The translations under genes and the position numbers were made by a program. From Polyangiales bacterium (lineage in GTDB: Bacteria > Myxococcota_A > Polyangia > Polyangiales > JADJQN01), in contig CAXNJO010000001.1 in assembly GCA_964202905.1 (NCBI GenBank), positions 128,001 through 192,000 on the forward strand: a DNA stretch of 64,000 bases, written 5' to 3'. The notes below the pieces were generated by a model. It was not told the origin of the DNA. It saw only the letters and a list, made by a program, of their open reading frames with translations, and did not search any database. Of the stretch, positions 1 to 9,811 are shown in pieces. Position 1 is the first letter of the stretch, and every line of letters begins with the position of its first letter.

Positions 1-3000
1 CGCGTCCTCGAACCAGCCGTGCGCGCGGTAGAGGTCGCCGAGGCGACGCCGCGCGAGCTCGTCCTGCGGCGCGAACTCCACGATCTCGCTGAAGACGCGC
101 CGCGCCTCGGGCTCGTCGTCGAGGCGCAGGTACATCTCGCCGATCGCCGTGCGCACGCCCGCATCGGCGAGCGGGTCGCGGCGGAGCTGCTCGGCGAGGC
201 GGCGCGCCTCGGGCAGACGGCCCGCGGCCTCGAGCTCCGAGAGCAGGCGCAGCCGTAGGTCGAAGGAATCGGGCTGCTGCGCGGCGAGCTGGCGCAGCGC
301 GGCGATGCGCTGCGCGGGCGTCGTCGCGCGCGCGAGGACCTGCTCGACGAGCGCCTGATCGACCACCGCCGAGAGCCCGAAGGCTTCGCGCACGATGCGG
401 AGATCTGCAGGCGTCCGCACGCGCCGCGGGATCGCCGCGCGCAGGTGGCCGCGTGCGCCACCGTCATCGAGATAGCGATACACCTGCACCATGGTTGCGA
501 CATCGCCCGCGACGCCGAGGAGGAGATCCAGCAGCGCGCGGCGATCGCTCCACGCCGTCGCCTCGCAGGTGCGCACGGCGTCGCGGTAGACGTCGACCCA
601 CGCCGAGACGCCAGTCACCCGCGCGAGCCGCTCGGACCAGAGCGCGCGCCTGTCCGCGAGGGAGAGCGCGCTCGCCTCGCTGCAACGGCTCGGGCGGTGA
701 CGCTCGAGGTCGGTCGTGACGGTGACCGTGGTCGTGGTCGTGATCGAGAGCGTCCCCGAGCCACCGCGCGCGTCGTCCCGGTCGATGCCCCGCGTTCGCC
801 GTGCTCGGACGGTCGACTCGACGAGTTCCTCGCCCCCGGTCGTGGGGCGGGCGGGGCTCCGACGGCCCCCGCCGGCGCCGATCGTGCCGAGCCCGATCCT
901 CCCCTCGCCCGTGCCACCGCCGCCGTACCCCGTCCCGGCGAGCCCCCCGCCGAGCCCACCGACGAGCCCGTCTGCCGGCATGTCGGCAGCGACGTTCGCT
1001 TGCGGCCTGCCCGCGGCCTGCTCGAACGCCGCACGCGCTGTGCCGTCGGGCGCGGCCTGCTGCCTCGGCGCGGCCGAGGCGCCGGGCGGCGGCAGGGGCG
1101 CGGCGGGCGATGGCGCCTCATCGCCGAACGGCGCCGCGACCTCCTCCGCGGCCGGCGCAGCCTGCGGGACGGGGCTCTCGGACTCGTCGTTCGCGCGCTC
1201 GGAGGCGGGGGCCGTGGACCCGGAGGCGACGGAGACGGCCGCCGGCTCGGGCGCAGGCGCTGACTTGTCCCGCTCGAGCAGCGCGCAGCCCGTGGTGAGC
1301 GTGAGCGGGAAGGCGACGACGGCGAGGCCGGTCGCGAGGGCGTCGAGCGCGCCCGGCGACGAATCCGGCACGAAGTCGAGCGGCGCCGCATCGAGGAGAC
1401 GCGCGCTCTCGCCGAGCTCGCGCAGCTCGCGCGCGCTCGGGACGTAGAAGCTCGTGAACGGCGTGATGAGGCCGTAGCGCGTGCCGAGCTCCGCGATGGA
1501 CTCGCGCCCCGCGCGCTCGAGCAGCAGCTGCCGCAGGCGCTCACCCGCCCAGCGGAGGCGCAGATCCGTCGCGCCCTCGGTGTCGCGCGTCTCGATCTTC
1601 AGCGTCTCGCGGAACTCGCGGCCGCCGACGAGCCCCGTGACGACGAGCTCCTTCGGCGGCTCGCCGCGCACGCGCCCGAGCACGGGCAGCACCTCGCCGA
1701 CGACGACGTCCATCGGCCGGCGGGGGAACACGTTGTCGATCCCCGCGCCGAGCTGCACGACGACGCGCTGCGCGAGCGGACGCGCCGCGTGGCCGAGCAC
1801 CCGCAGCGCCGCCTCCGCGCCCGCGGCGCGGTCCCCGACGCGCAGCGCGAGACCGCCGCCGCGCGTGAGCGCCTCGAGCAGCTCGAGGTCCGCGACCGCG
1901 CCCACCGCGACCGCGTAGAGCCGCAGTGGCCGCGGCAGCCGCGCGAGCCGCGTGAGCAGCGCGTCCGCCTCGAGCTCGCCCACCGTCGGGGCGCCGTCGC
2001 CCACGTAGACCACCGCGCAGCCGCGCGGCGACGCGCCCGCGCCGCAGAGGGCGCCCGCGTCCGCGAGCGCAGCGCCGAGATCCGTCGCGCCACCGGGGAC
2101 CGCGCGCGCGAGCGCATCGAGCAGCGCCCCGACGCGCTCCGGGCTCGCCGGTCCGAGGGCGGGCGGCGCGCCGCCGAGCCCACGCAGCGCCACGTCGCTC
2201 GTCACGATCGCGACGCGATCACGCGCGCCGAGCTGCGCGACGAGCGACTCGACGACGCTGCGCCCGAGCTCGAGGTGCGACGCGTCGGTGCCGGCCGACA
2301 CATCCGCGACGATCACGAGATCCTGCAGAGAATCGGCGGGCGCGGCCGCGCCGAGCACGCGCTCCGGGAGCACGACGGGCACGAAGTAGAAGTCGCGCTC
2401 GTCGGCCTCGTTCGGCACCGCGCGCGAGCCGGGCGCGCGGCGCGGCGCCTCGTGTTCCGCGCGGTACGCGGTGAGCGATCCGTCGCTGCCGCCGCCCTCG
2501 AGCTCGAGCCAGAAGTCCGCGCGCGGCCGCACATCCGAGCGCCGGAGCCGCACGACTCCGTCGGCGATCGTCGCGCCGAGCCCCGCACGCACCGCGACGT
2601 CGTCGCCCGCCTTCGAGACGTCGACGGCGATGCCGAGCTCCTGCACGTGCGGCACGCGCGCGAGCGGGCCGCTCGAGCCCATCGGGTAGCGGTAGAGGCG
2701 CGGCGCGCCCGCAGCGGGGCGACGCAGCCACTCCGCGTAGCGCGTGACGATGCGACGCGTCTCGCCCGCGGCGATCGGGTAGATGCGCGCGCGGTAAGCG
2801 TCCGGCGCGTCCCACTCGAGCAGCGCCGGGTCGTCGGTGGAGCCCCGGTACACCTGCGCCTCGTAGGCGGCGCGCGCCGTCTCCTTCTCGCGCACGAAGC
2901 CGTCGACGAGGCGCCCGCCGCGGTCGACCGCGAAGCGCGAGAGCACAGCGCCCTCGGGCACGCGGATGCGGTAGAGGCCCTCGACCGTCTCGCTCGCGGG

Positions 3001-3765
3001 GTTGAAGAACTCCTGGTCGACCTCGGTGACGGCGAGGTCGTCGCGGATGACGACGCGCACGTCGAGCCGCCGGATCACGAGCGGCCAACGCGCGGCGCCG
3101 AGCTCGTCGGGCACGCGCGCCTCGAGCTGCCCCATGCCGGGGGGCGCGTCGCCCACCTCGGGACCGGGGCGCGCGAGGCCGCTCGTCCAATCGCTCCACA
3201 GCGTCTGCGGCGACACCTGCGCCGCACGGCCGGCGAGCGCGACCACCTCGCCCGCACGCGCGACGGCGCGCTGCCCGCCCGCGGTGAACGCCGCTTCACC
3301 GCGCACCACGTAGACGCGCGCCGATCCATCGGCCGCGAGCTCGAGCGAGAGCGCGCCGTCGTTCGTGCGCACGGTGCCCTTCGGCAGCGTCACGGAGACG
3401 GGCGCGCCGAGCGGCACGTCGAGGAACGCGCGCCCCGCCGAGAGCGTCAGGGCGGGGGCGCCGTCCTCGCGCGCGTCGAGCGCGAGCCGCGCACCGCCTC
3501 CGAGAAGAAGGCGCGGCCCGGCGTCGAGCACGACGCGCGCGAGCCCGCCCTCCGGAACCGCGACCGCCCCCTCGTCCCCGGCGGCGAGCCGCGTCGTCGG
3601 CGCAGCGCGCGCGCCGCCCACGCGGACCTCGCCGCGCACCGGCGTGAGCGTCGCGAGGCTCGCGTAGGTGTCGCGCGGCTCGCCTCCACAAGCCGCGAAC
3701 GCGAGCGCGACGAGCCAGCCCAGCGACGAGCGCCTCCCGATGCCGACGACTGAATGGCGATTCAT
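1..3765 (-). CDS. Large lipoprotein with VIT domain, vWA domain and C-terminal TPR-like region (3'-truncated by window edge)
   Basis: Manual translation from ATG at 3765: MNRHSVVGIGRRSSLGWLVALAFAAC (lipobox Cys). VIT-like segment AVTEVDQEFFNP...VEGLYRIRVPEGAVLSRFAV...DPALLEW...ARIYPI. vWA-like DLVIVADVSAGT and GLITPFTSFYV. TPR-like RRLGDLYRAHGWFEDA at the window edge. Missing from the ORF track because no stop lies inside the window. Confidence 0.8.
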   Translation of the reverse strand, partial: MNRHSVVGIGRRSSLGWLVALAFAACGGEPRDTYASLATLTPVRGEVRVGGARAAPTTRLAAGDEGAVAVPEGGLARVVLDAGPRLLLGGGARLALDAREDGAPALTLSAGRAFLDVPLGAPVSVTLPKGTVRTNDGALSLELAADGSARVYVVRGEAAFTAGGQRAVARAGEVVALAGRAAQVSPQTLWSDWTSGLARPGPEVGDAPPGMGQLEARVPDELGAARWPLVIRRLDVRVVIRDDLAVTEVDQEFFNPASETVEGLYRIRVPEGAVLSRFAVDRGGRLVDGFVREKETARAAYEAQVYRGSTDDPALLEWDAPDAYRARIYPIAAGETRRIVTRYAEWLRRPAAGAPRLYRYPMGSSGPLARVPHVQELGIAVDVSKAGDDVAVRAGLGATIADGVVRLRRSDVRPRADFWLELEGGGSDGSLTAYRAEHEAPRRAPGSRAVPNEADERDFYFVPVVLPERVLGAAAPADSLQDLVIVADVSAGTDASHLELGRSVVESLVAQLGARDRVAIVTSDVALRGLGGAPPALGPASPERVGALLDALARAVPGGATDLGAALADAGALCGAGASPRGCAVVYVGDGAPTVGELEADALLTRLARLPRPLRLYAVAVGAVADLELLEALTRGGGLALRVGDRAAGAEAALRVLGHAARPLAQRVVVQLGAGIDNVFPRRPMDVVVGEVLPVLGRVRGEPPKELVVTGLVGGREFRETLKIETRDTEGATDLRLRWAGERLRQLLLERAGRESIAELGTRYGLITPFTSFYVPSARELRELGESARLLDAAPLDFVPDSSPGALDALATGLAVVAFPLTLTTGCALLERDKSAPAPEPAAVSVASGSTAPASERANDESESPVPQAAPAAEEVAAPFGDEAPSPAAPLPPPGASAAPRQQAAPDGTARAAFEQAAGRPQANVAADMPADGLVGGLGGGLAGTGYGGGGTGEGRIGLGTIGAGGGRRSPARPTTGGEELVESTVRARRTRGIDRDDARGGSGTLSITTTTTVTVTTDLERHRPSRCSEASALSLADRRALWSERLARVTGVSAWVDVYRDAVRTCEATAWSDRRALLDLLLGVAGDVATMVQVYRYLDDGGARGHLRAAIPRRVRTPADLRIVREAFGLSAVVDQALVEQVLARATTPAQRIAALRQLAAQQPDSFDLRLRLLSELEAAGRLPEARRLAEQLRRDPLADAGVRTAIGEMYLRLDDEPEARRVFSEIVEFAPQDELARRRLGDLYRAHGWFEDA

Positions 3766-3931
3766 TCCAGACCCCTCTCCCGCACGCGGTGACGCGCTAG
3801 ACGCCCGTCGTCGACGAAAGTTCTCCGCGCCGCGCGCTGCGCCCGCTGAAACAGGCGAGCCCCGCGCACCTTGGCTCCGCCGCGCGACGCACCGAAGCGC
3901 GCGCGCAGCGGCACTCCCGCCCCGGCGGCGG

Positions 3932-4420
3932 TCAAAGCGCCTGCAACGACGTGACGCGCTCGAGCGTGCGCGGACGCAAGAGCCACTCGAACGTGTACGC
4001 GCCCGAGGCCCCGCGCCGCAGCGCGCACACCGCCGACTTCTGAAACGCCGGCACCGCGACGCCGAGCAGCGCGGACGCGAGCGCGCTGAGGTTCGGCTCG
4101 TGGCCGACCAGCGCGACGCGCGTGTCGTCCTCGAGGCCGTCGAGCGCGAGCACGACCTGCGACGGATCGCCGTTCGGTACGAGCGCCGGCAGCACCTCGA
4201 TGGGCCCCTCGAAGGCCTGCGCGGCGGCCACGATCTCGCAGGTCTGCACGGCCCGCACGAGCGGGCTCGTGAACATCCGCGCGGGGGTCACGCCCGCGTC
4301 CCGCAGCGCGTCGGCGACGGCGCGCGTGACCTGCCTCCCCTTCGCCGTGAGCCAGCGCTCGCCGTCGGTGCGGGCACCGTGCTCGACCGCCTCGCCGTGA
4401 CGCACCAGCAGCAGCTGCAT
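3932..4420 (-). CDS. sixA: Phosphohistidine phosphatase, SixA / histidine phosphatase family
   Basis: MQLLLVRHGEA (RHG motif), TSPLVRAVQT, LVGHEPNLS. Confidence 0.85.
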   Translation of the reverse strand: MQLLLVRHGEAVEHGARTDGERWLTAKGRQVTRAVADALRDAGVTPARMFTSPLVRAVQTCEIVAAAQAFEGPIEVLPALVPNGDPSQVVLALDGLEDDTRVALVGHEPNLSALASALLGVAVPAFQKSAVCALRRGASGAYTFEWLLRPRTLERVTSLQAL

Positions 4421-4499
4421 GGGCTGGCTTGGTAGCACGTCCGGCGGGTTTTTTGACCGGGGATCCCGGCTCCCCGATGGTCCGGAGCTGGAGGCGGCG

Positions 4500-5468
4500 A
4501 TGGCCCTGGGTGAGCGAGCGGACCTGCGCGGTGCGGTGATCGAGGGGAAATACCGCCTCGGCGAGCGGATCGGGATCGGCGGGACGGGCGTCGTCTTCGA
4601 GGCGACGCGCCTCGCGGACGGCCACTCCGTCGTCGTCAAGACCCTGCGCCCGTGCTTCGTCGACCACCCGGATCTCGGGCGTCGGCTGCGGCGCGAGGCC
4701 GAGGTCGCGCGCACGCTCGTGCACCCCGGCGTCGTGCCCGTGACGGACGAGGGCACGCTCGAGGACGGCTCGCCGTACATCGTGATGGAGCGCGCGCACG
4801 GCGAGAGCCTCTCGCGCATGCTGCTGCGGCGCGGGACGCTGCCGGCCGCGGAGGTCGCGGCGATCGGCGTGCGTGTGCTCGCGATCCTGCAGGCCTCGCA
4901 CCGCGCGGGCTACGTGCACCGCGACGTGAAGCCCGAACACGTGCTCCTCGAGCGCGACGCGGACGGCGAGCTGCTCGTGACGCTCCTCGACTTCGGCGTC
5001 TGCTCCGCGCCGACCGCCCCCGCCGACGAGCGCGCGCGCGAGCAGGGCCGCGTCTTCGGCACGCCGAGCTACGTCTCGCCCGAGCAGGCCTCGGGGAAGG
5101 TCGACGTGGACGGGCGCGCGGACCTGTTTTCCCTCGGAATCACGATGTGGGAGTGCCTCGCGGGCCGCCTGCCCTTCCGCGCGTCCAACGTGTCGAGCCT
5201 GCTGCTGCGCATCATCCGCGAGGACGCGCCGCCGCTCGTGCTCGCGGTCGCCGACGTGCCGCGCGAGCTCGCGGACGTGATCCACGTCGCGCTCGCCCGC
5301 GCGCCCGAAGCACGCTTCCCCTCGGCCCGCGGGATGGCCCGTGCGCTCGCGCCGTTCGCCGTCGACCGCTTGGCCGTCGAGCGGCGCCTCGCGGCGATCG
5401 CGCGCACCACCGCGACGCCCGAGAGCGCGATCCCGACGATCAACGCTGCGTCGGTCGTCGCGGCGTAG
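4500..5468 (+). CDS. Serine/threonine protein kinase (cytoplasmic)
   Basis: IGIGGTGVVF, VVVKTL, HRDVKPEH, LDFG, GTPSYVSPEQ, DLFSLG. Confidence 0.9.
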   Translation: MALGERADLRGAVIEGKYRLGERIGIGGTGVVFEATRLADGHSVVVKTLRPCFVDHPDLGRRLRREAEVARTLVHPGVVPVTDEGTLEDGSPYIVMERAHGESLSRMLLRRGTLPAAEVAAIGVRVLAILQASHRAGYVHRDVKPEHVLLERDADGELLVTLLDFGVCSAPTAPADERAREQGRVFGTPSYVSPEQASGKVDVDGRADLFSLGITMWECLAGRLPFRASNVSSLLLRIIREDAPPLVLAVADVPRELADVIHVALARAPEARFPSARGMARALAPFAVDRLAVERRLAAIARTTATPESAIPTINAASVVAA

Positions 5469-6774
5469 CGCGACCCACGACGCGCAGCGCCATCAGGTGC
5501 TCGCGTCGCCCGCCCGCGCGCGGCGACGAGGCCAACGCGAGCGGCTCGAGGCCTGCCGCGGGCGCGAGCCGCGCGACCTGCGCGTCCGCGTCGAGGCGCT
5601 CGCCCTGCGCCTCACCGTCGCCCATCAAGAGCACGACGAGCGCACCCGGTCGCGTCACCGACGCCACGCTCGCGAGCGCCTCGCCGAGCTCCTCGTCCCA
5701 GCGCGCGGCGCCGTGCGCGTCGTCCGAGACGCGGCGACGCGCGCCGATCTCCTGCGCGCGCAGCCTGCGTGGGTCGATGCCGAGCCACGCGTAGCGGCGC
5801 GCGTGGTGATCGACGTAGTCGTACGTGCCCCCGTAGGGCGGCGAGGTCAGCACGAGATCCGCGGCGAAACCAGGACCGAGCGCGCCACGCAGCGCGCGCG
5901 CATCGGAGAAGGCGAGGCGCGGCTCGGGCGAGGTCGAGGGGCACGCGGCGTCGAGCCAGGCCCAGCGCTGCGAGAGCTCGCGGCCCTTGCGGACGAAGAA
6001 CTCCGTCGGCAGGCCCTTGCGGATGCGGCGCTCGACGCGCTCCTCCGCGGTGTCGGCGCGCTGCCGCGAGAACTTCACGACGATGGCCGAGAGCACGAGC
6101 AGCAGCGCCTCCTGCTCATCGGGATCCGCGACGGCGAGGATCTCCTCGCGCAACCCCGCGAGCTCCTTGAGGACGTGGCCGTCCCACCAGCCGACCTCGT
6201 GCTTGGGCAGCGGCGCGAGCGCCGGGATCCGGGCCTGGACGCGCTCCTCCGAGGCCGCGCCGACCTGCGCGAGCGTCTCCTCGAAGCGCGCCCGGGCGTG
6301 CGGGCCGACGCGCCGTGACTTCACCGCCGCGAGCCGCAGCGCGAGCGGGTTGAGGTCCGTGCCCACCGCGCGCAGACCGAGCGCGCGCGCCTCGATGAGC
6401 ACCGTGCCGCTGCCGACGAACGGATCGAGCACGAGCCCGCCCGCGGGCGCGAGCGCCTCGAGCACCACGCGCGCCGTCTCCGCGTGCATCCGCGCCGGAT
6501 AGGCGTGAAAACCGTGCGTGAGCGTGTCGCGCGCCGCCGGGCTCGCCGCATCGAGCGCATCCGCGAGGATCTCCGAGAGCCCCTCGTCGCCGGCGACCAG
6601 CGTCGTGCCGTACGGCGCGACGCCCGTCAGCGCCGTGCGGCGTCGGTCGCGCTCGGGGACGACGTGCGCGGGCGGCTCGACGTCGGGGGCCCAGTGATCG
6701 AGCTCCTCGCGCCGCGGAGGGGGCGGCGTGCGGCGGGGGGGGCGCTGCGGGGAGCGCGGATCACGCGGGCTCAT
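5440..6774 (-). CDS. Orphan amino (N4-C/N6-A) DNA methyltransferase-like protein
   Basis: THGFHAYPARM (motif X), VLDPFVGSGT (motif I), DLVLTSPPY (motif IV). Start set at ATG 6774; the longer ORF-track call overlaps the transporter gene. Confidence 0.75.
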   Translation of the reverse strand: MSPRDPRSPQRPPRRTPPPPRREELDHWAPDVEPPAHVVPERDRRRTALTGVAPYGTTLVAGDEGLSEILADALDAASPAARDTLTHGFHAYPARMHAETARVVLEALAPAGGLVLDPFVGSGTVLIEARALGLRAVGTDLNPLALRLAAVKSRRVGPHARARFEETLAQVGAASEERVQARIPALAPLPKHEVGWWDGHVLKELAGLREEILAVADPDEQEALLLVLSAIVVKFSRQRADTAEERVERRIRKGLPTEFFVRKGRELSQRWAWLDAACPSTSPEPRLAFSDARALRGALGPGFAADLVLTSPPYGGTYDYVDHHARRYAWLGIDPRRLRAQEIGARRRVSDDAHGAARWDEELGEALASVASVTRPGALVVLLMGDGEAQGERLDADAQVARLAPAAGLEPLALASSPRAGGRREHLMALRVVGRATPRRPTQR

Positions 6775-6781
6775 GGGTGCG

Positions 6782-6796
6782 TCTCTCTCTCTCTCT
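6782..6796. repeat. Dinucleotide simple sequence repeat (TC)7T, i.e. (AG)7A on the minus strand
   Basis: tctctctctctctct read directly; 7 nt upstream of the methyltransferase ATG. Confidence 0.9.
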
Positions 6797-6827
6797 GAAT
6801 CACGGTGCGGGCGCGGACTCGCGCGGC

Positions 6828-8216
6828 TCACGCGGGGCCGGGCGCGGGCGGCGCTGCGGTGGACGGGCCGTCGGCACCCGGCGGCGCCGCGCGGCGCGCG
6901 TGGGCGCGTGCGATGCCGGTGGCCACGGCGAGCCACACGAGCACGAGCCCGACGTTCACGAGCGCGAAGCCGCGCGTCGAGAGGTGGAGCACCTCGAGCC
7001 CCAGCGTCACCACGCCGAAGGCCGCGACGTCGCCGATCCGCACGAAGAAGGTGTCCACGAGGGCCTTCGCTTTGTACTTTTCCTCGCGGCTCGCGACCAG
7101 CCAGAGGGCTTGCCGCGTCGTGGTCTGCAGCGAGTAATCGAGCGCGTTCTCGGCCGTCTTCGCGAGGCGGATGACGGGCAGCGTGAGCAGCCCGGCGATC
7201 GCGACGTAGCCGCCGAGCGCGACGACCGGCATCACGAAGAGCGCGACGCGCACGCCCGCGTGCGAGAGCACGCGCGAGACGACGAGCAGCTGCAGCGCGA
7301 GCGTGAGCGCGTTCACGCCGCTGAAGAAGTCGCCCATGAACGACGCGACGAAGGCCTCGGGCGCCTGCCCGGACGCGCGCGCCGCCTCGCGCACGCCGCT
7401 CGTGAGCACGAACTCGCCGACGCTGTTCACGCAGTTGTAGACGACGAGCAGGCCCGCGATCAGCAGGAAATATCGGCTCTTTCGCAGGAGATTCCACGCG
7501 CTGCCCGCCGCGAGTGGGGCGGCGTCCGCCGTGCGCGCGACCGGCCCGCGGCGCTCGCCGCGCGCCCCGCGCGCGAAGGCGAGACGCGCGAGCACGAGCG
7601 CGACGACGAGCAGCGCCGCGGCGCCGTAGATCAGCCGCCCCTGCGCGTCGGCGAGGAAGAGCCGCTTGGCGACCTGCGCGCCCACGATGCCGCCCGCCGC
7701 GCTGCCGACGGCGATAAGCCCGAAGAGCCGTCTGCCCGCGCCGGGCTCGTAGAGATCGTTCGCGAACGACCAGAACTGCGCGACCACGAAGAGGTTGAAG
7801 ATCCCCACGAACACGAAGAACGCGACCGCGAGCGGCGCGCTCCCCCGCGCCGCGTCCGCGAGCGCACCGAACACGACGAGACAGCCCACGAACACGGCCG
7901 TCGTCACCGCGAGCAGCCGCGCGCGCCCCGCGCGCTCCGAGAGCGCGTCGTACCCGCGCAGCAGCGGCACGAGCAGGATCGCCATCCCCGCGGCCGCCGC
8001 CGCCTTCAGCCGCGGTCCGCCCTCGAGCGGCGTGATGAGCGCCTCGCGCGTGACCTTGAGCAGGTAGTACGCGAAGAGCAGCACGAAGACCTGCGCCCCG
8101 AGCAGCAGCGCCGTCGCGCCCTCCCCGCGCCGCAGCTCGGCGAACGGCGCGAGCGCCCACTCGAGCCCCCCGCGGTCGACGCGCGTCGCGTCACCCGTCT
8201 GTCCGCCGCGCGACAC
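6828..8216 (-). CDS. NTT/TLC-family nucleotide (ATP/ADP) transporter-like MFS protein
   Basis: FAYYLLKVTREALI, FVGIFNLFVVAQFWSFANDLY..GRRLFGLI, ENALDYSLQTTTRQALWL..REEKYKAKALVDTFFVRIGD; many TM segments; GTG start 8216. Confidence 0.8.
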   Translation of the reverse strand: MSRGGQTGDATRVDRGGLEWALAPFAELRRGEGATALLLGAQVFVLLFAYYLLKVTREALITPLEGGPRLKAAAAAGMAILLVPLLRGYDALSERAGRARLLAVTTAVFVGCLVVFGALADAARGSAPLAVAFFVFVGIFNLFVVAQFWSFANDLYEPGAGRRLFGLIAVGSAAGGIVGAQVAKRLFLADAQGRLIYGAAALLVVALVLARLAFARGARGERRGPVARTADAAPLAAGSAWNLLRKSRYFLLIAGLLVVYNCVNSVGEFVLTSGVREAARASGQAPEAFVASFMGDFFSGVNALTLALQLLVVSRVLSHAGVRVALFVMPVVALGGYVAIAGLLTLPVIRLAKTAENALDYSLQTTTRQALWLVASREEKYKAKALVDTFFVRIGDVAAFGVVTLGLEVLHLSTRGFALVNVGLVLVWLAVATGIARAHARRAAPPGADGPSTAAPPAPGPA

Positions 8217-8355
8217 GGCGCCGCTTCTACCACGGCGGGGTGCACCCGCCCTCCGCACCCGCGCACGCCGCCCACGGCGCGGCCGCGCGTGAACCCCGCG
8301 ACCGGGAGCGTCGATGCCTCCGACCGGCGATTCACGGACCCGCGGCCCGCGCGTC

Positions 8356-9201
8356 TCACGGACTCGGCGGCTCCGACGCGTCGACGGGCAGATCGAAGAA
8401 GCGACGCAGCGCGTGGGCCGCGTCGGTGCGCGCACCGGCCGCGTCACGCACGACGAGGGGCGCTCGGTGCGCGACCTCGGCGCCCGGCGCGTCCTCGGCG
8501 CGGCGCAGCGTGAACACCGAGAAGAGCGCGCCCTTCGTGCCCTCGCGCGGGACGACGTCGCGCTGCGCGACGCAGACGAGCCCCGCCCGCCGGGCCCCGC
8601 CGATCGCGCGCCCGGGCGTGCGGGCGTCCGCGCAGAGCAGCGCCGTGCCGCCGGGCGCGAGCACCCGCGCGACGGCACGCGCGTAATCCTCGACGCCGCC
8701 GCGCAGCTCCACCCGCGCGTGGGCGCGCTGGGAATCCGGCGACGGCGTCGCGGTGCCGGGCGGCATGTAGGGCGGCGTGCCCGTCACGAGCTCGAAGGGC
8801 CCGCCGAACGCGAGCGCGCGGTCGAGCACGGCGTCCTCGCGGAGGTCCCCGTGCACGAGCGCGACGCGCGGCGCGAGCCCGTTGCGACGCACGTTGCGGC
8901 GCGCGAGCGCGAGCGAGATGTCCTGCGCCTCGAGGCCCACGAGCCGCGCCTCCGGCAGCTTCCACGCGAGCATCGTCAGCACCGAGCCGAGCCCGCAGCC
9001 GAGGTCGAGCACGCGCCGGGCCCCGGGAGCCGCGCGCGCCGCTTCGTGCGCCGTCGCGAGGTCGTCGAGCGAGTAGCGGTGGCCGCGCACGCGCTGATGG
9101 ACGCGGTACGTCCCGGCGATCGCGTCGTCGCTGAGTTCTTCGCCCTCGAGCAGGGCGTCGAGGGGTGCGTGCGGGTCGTCGTGCGCGTCGGCCGGGTCCA
9201 C
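8356..9201 (-). CDS. SAM-dependent methyltransferase, tRNA1(Val) m6A37 (TrmN6/YfiC)-like
   Basis: GHRYSLDDL, VLDLGCGLGSV, VTGTPPY, ARVELRG. Confidence 0.75.
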   Translation of the reverse strand: MDPADAHDDPHAPLDALLEGEELSDDAIAGTYRVHQRVRGHRYSLDDLATAHEAARAAPGARRVLDLGCGLGSVLTMLAWKLPEARLVGLEAQDISLALARRNVRRNGLAPRVALVHGDLREDAVLDRALAFGGPFELVTGTPPYMPPGTATPSPDSQRAHARVELRGGVEDYARAVARVLAPGGTALLCADARTPGRAIGGARRAGLVCVAQRDVVPREGTKGALFSVFTLRRAEDAPGAEVAHRAPLVVRDAAGARTDAAHALRRFFDLPVDASEPPSP

Positions 9202-9247
9202 GCGCGCGAGCTTGTCACGCCCCGCGCCCGCGCCTACCGTCGCGCCC

Positions 9248-9739
9248 ATGACCACCGTCCACGACTTCGAAGTGCAGACCATCGACGGCGCGCCCAAGCG
9301 TCTCTCCGACTACGCGGGCAAGGTGTTGCTCGTGGTGAACGTCGCCTCGCGCTGCGGCCTCACCCCGCAGTACACCGGCCTCGAGGCGCTCCACCGCGAG
9401 CACGGCGACGCGGGCCTCGTGGTGCTCGGCTTCCCGTGCAACCAGTTCGCCGGGCAGGAGCCGGGGACGCCCGAGGAGATCAAGGCGTTCTGCGCCACGA
9501 AGTACGACGTCACCTTCCCGCTCTTCGCCAAGGTCGACGTGAACGGCCCCGCGCGCGCGCCGCTCTACGCGCACCTCACGGCCGCGACCGCCGGCCCCGA
9601 GGCCGCGGGCGACATCGCGTGGAACTTCGGCAAGTTCGTCGTCGGCAAAGATGGTCAGGTCGCCGCGCGCTTCTCGCCGCGCACGCCCGTCAACGACCCC
9701 GCCCTGCTCGACGCGGTCGCCGACGCGCTCGGCGCCTGA
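9248..9739 (+). CDS. Glutathione peroxidase family protein (Cys type)
   Basis: VNVASRCGLTPQY, GFPCNQF, WNFGKF. Confidence 0.92.
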   Translation: MTTVHDFEVQTIDGAPKRLSDYAGKVLLVVNVASRCGLTPQYTGLEALHREHGDAGLVVLGFPCNQFAGQEPGTPEEIKAFCATKYDVTFPLFAKVDVNGPARAPLYAHLTAATAGPEAAGDIAWNFGKFVVGKDGQVAARFSPRTPVNDPALLDAVADALGA

Positions 9740-9811
9740 GCGCGACCCGCCCACCGACACGACGCGGCGCGGTCCGGGGGAGCGCCCCGAGCCGCGCCGC
9801 TGAATCGCCGT

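Noticed and set aside
5440..6774. Complete restriction-modification system
   Set aside because: Flanking genes are a kinase and a transporter; no endonuclease candidate.
9248..9739. Selenocysteine glutathione peroxidase
   Set aside because: The active-site codon is TGC (Cys), with no in-frame TGA.
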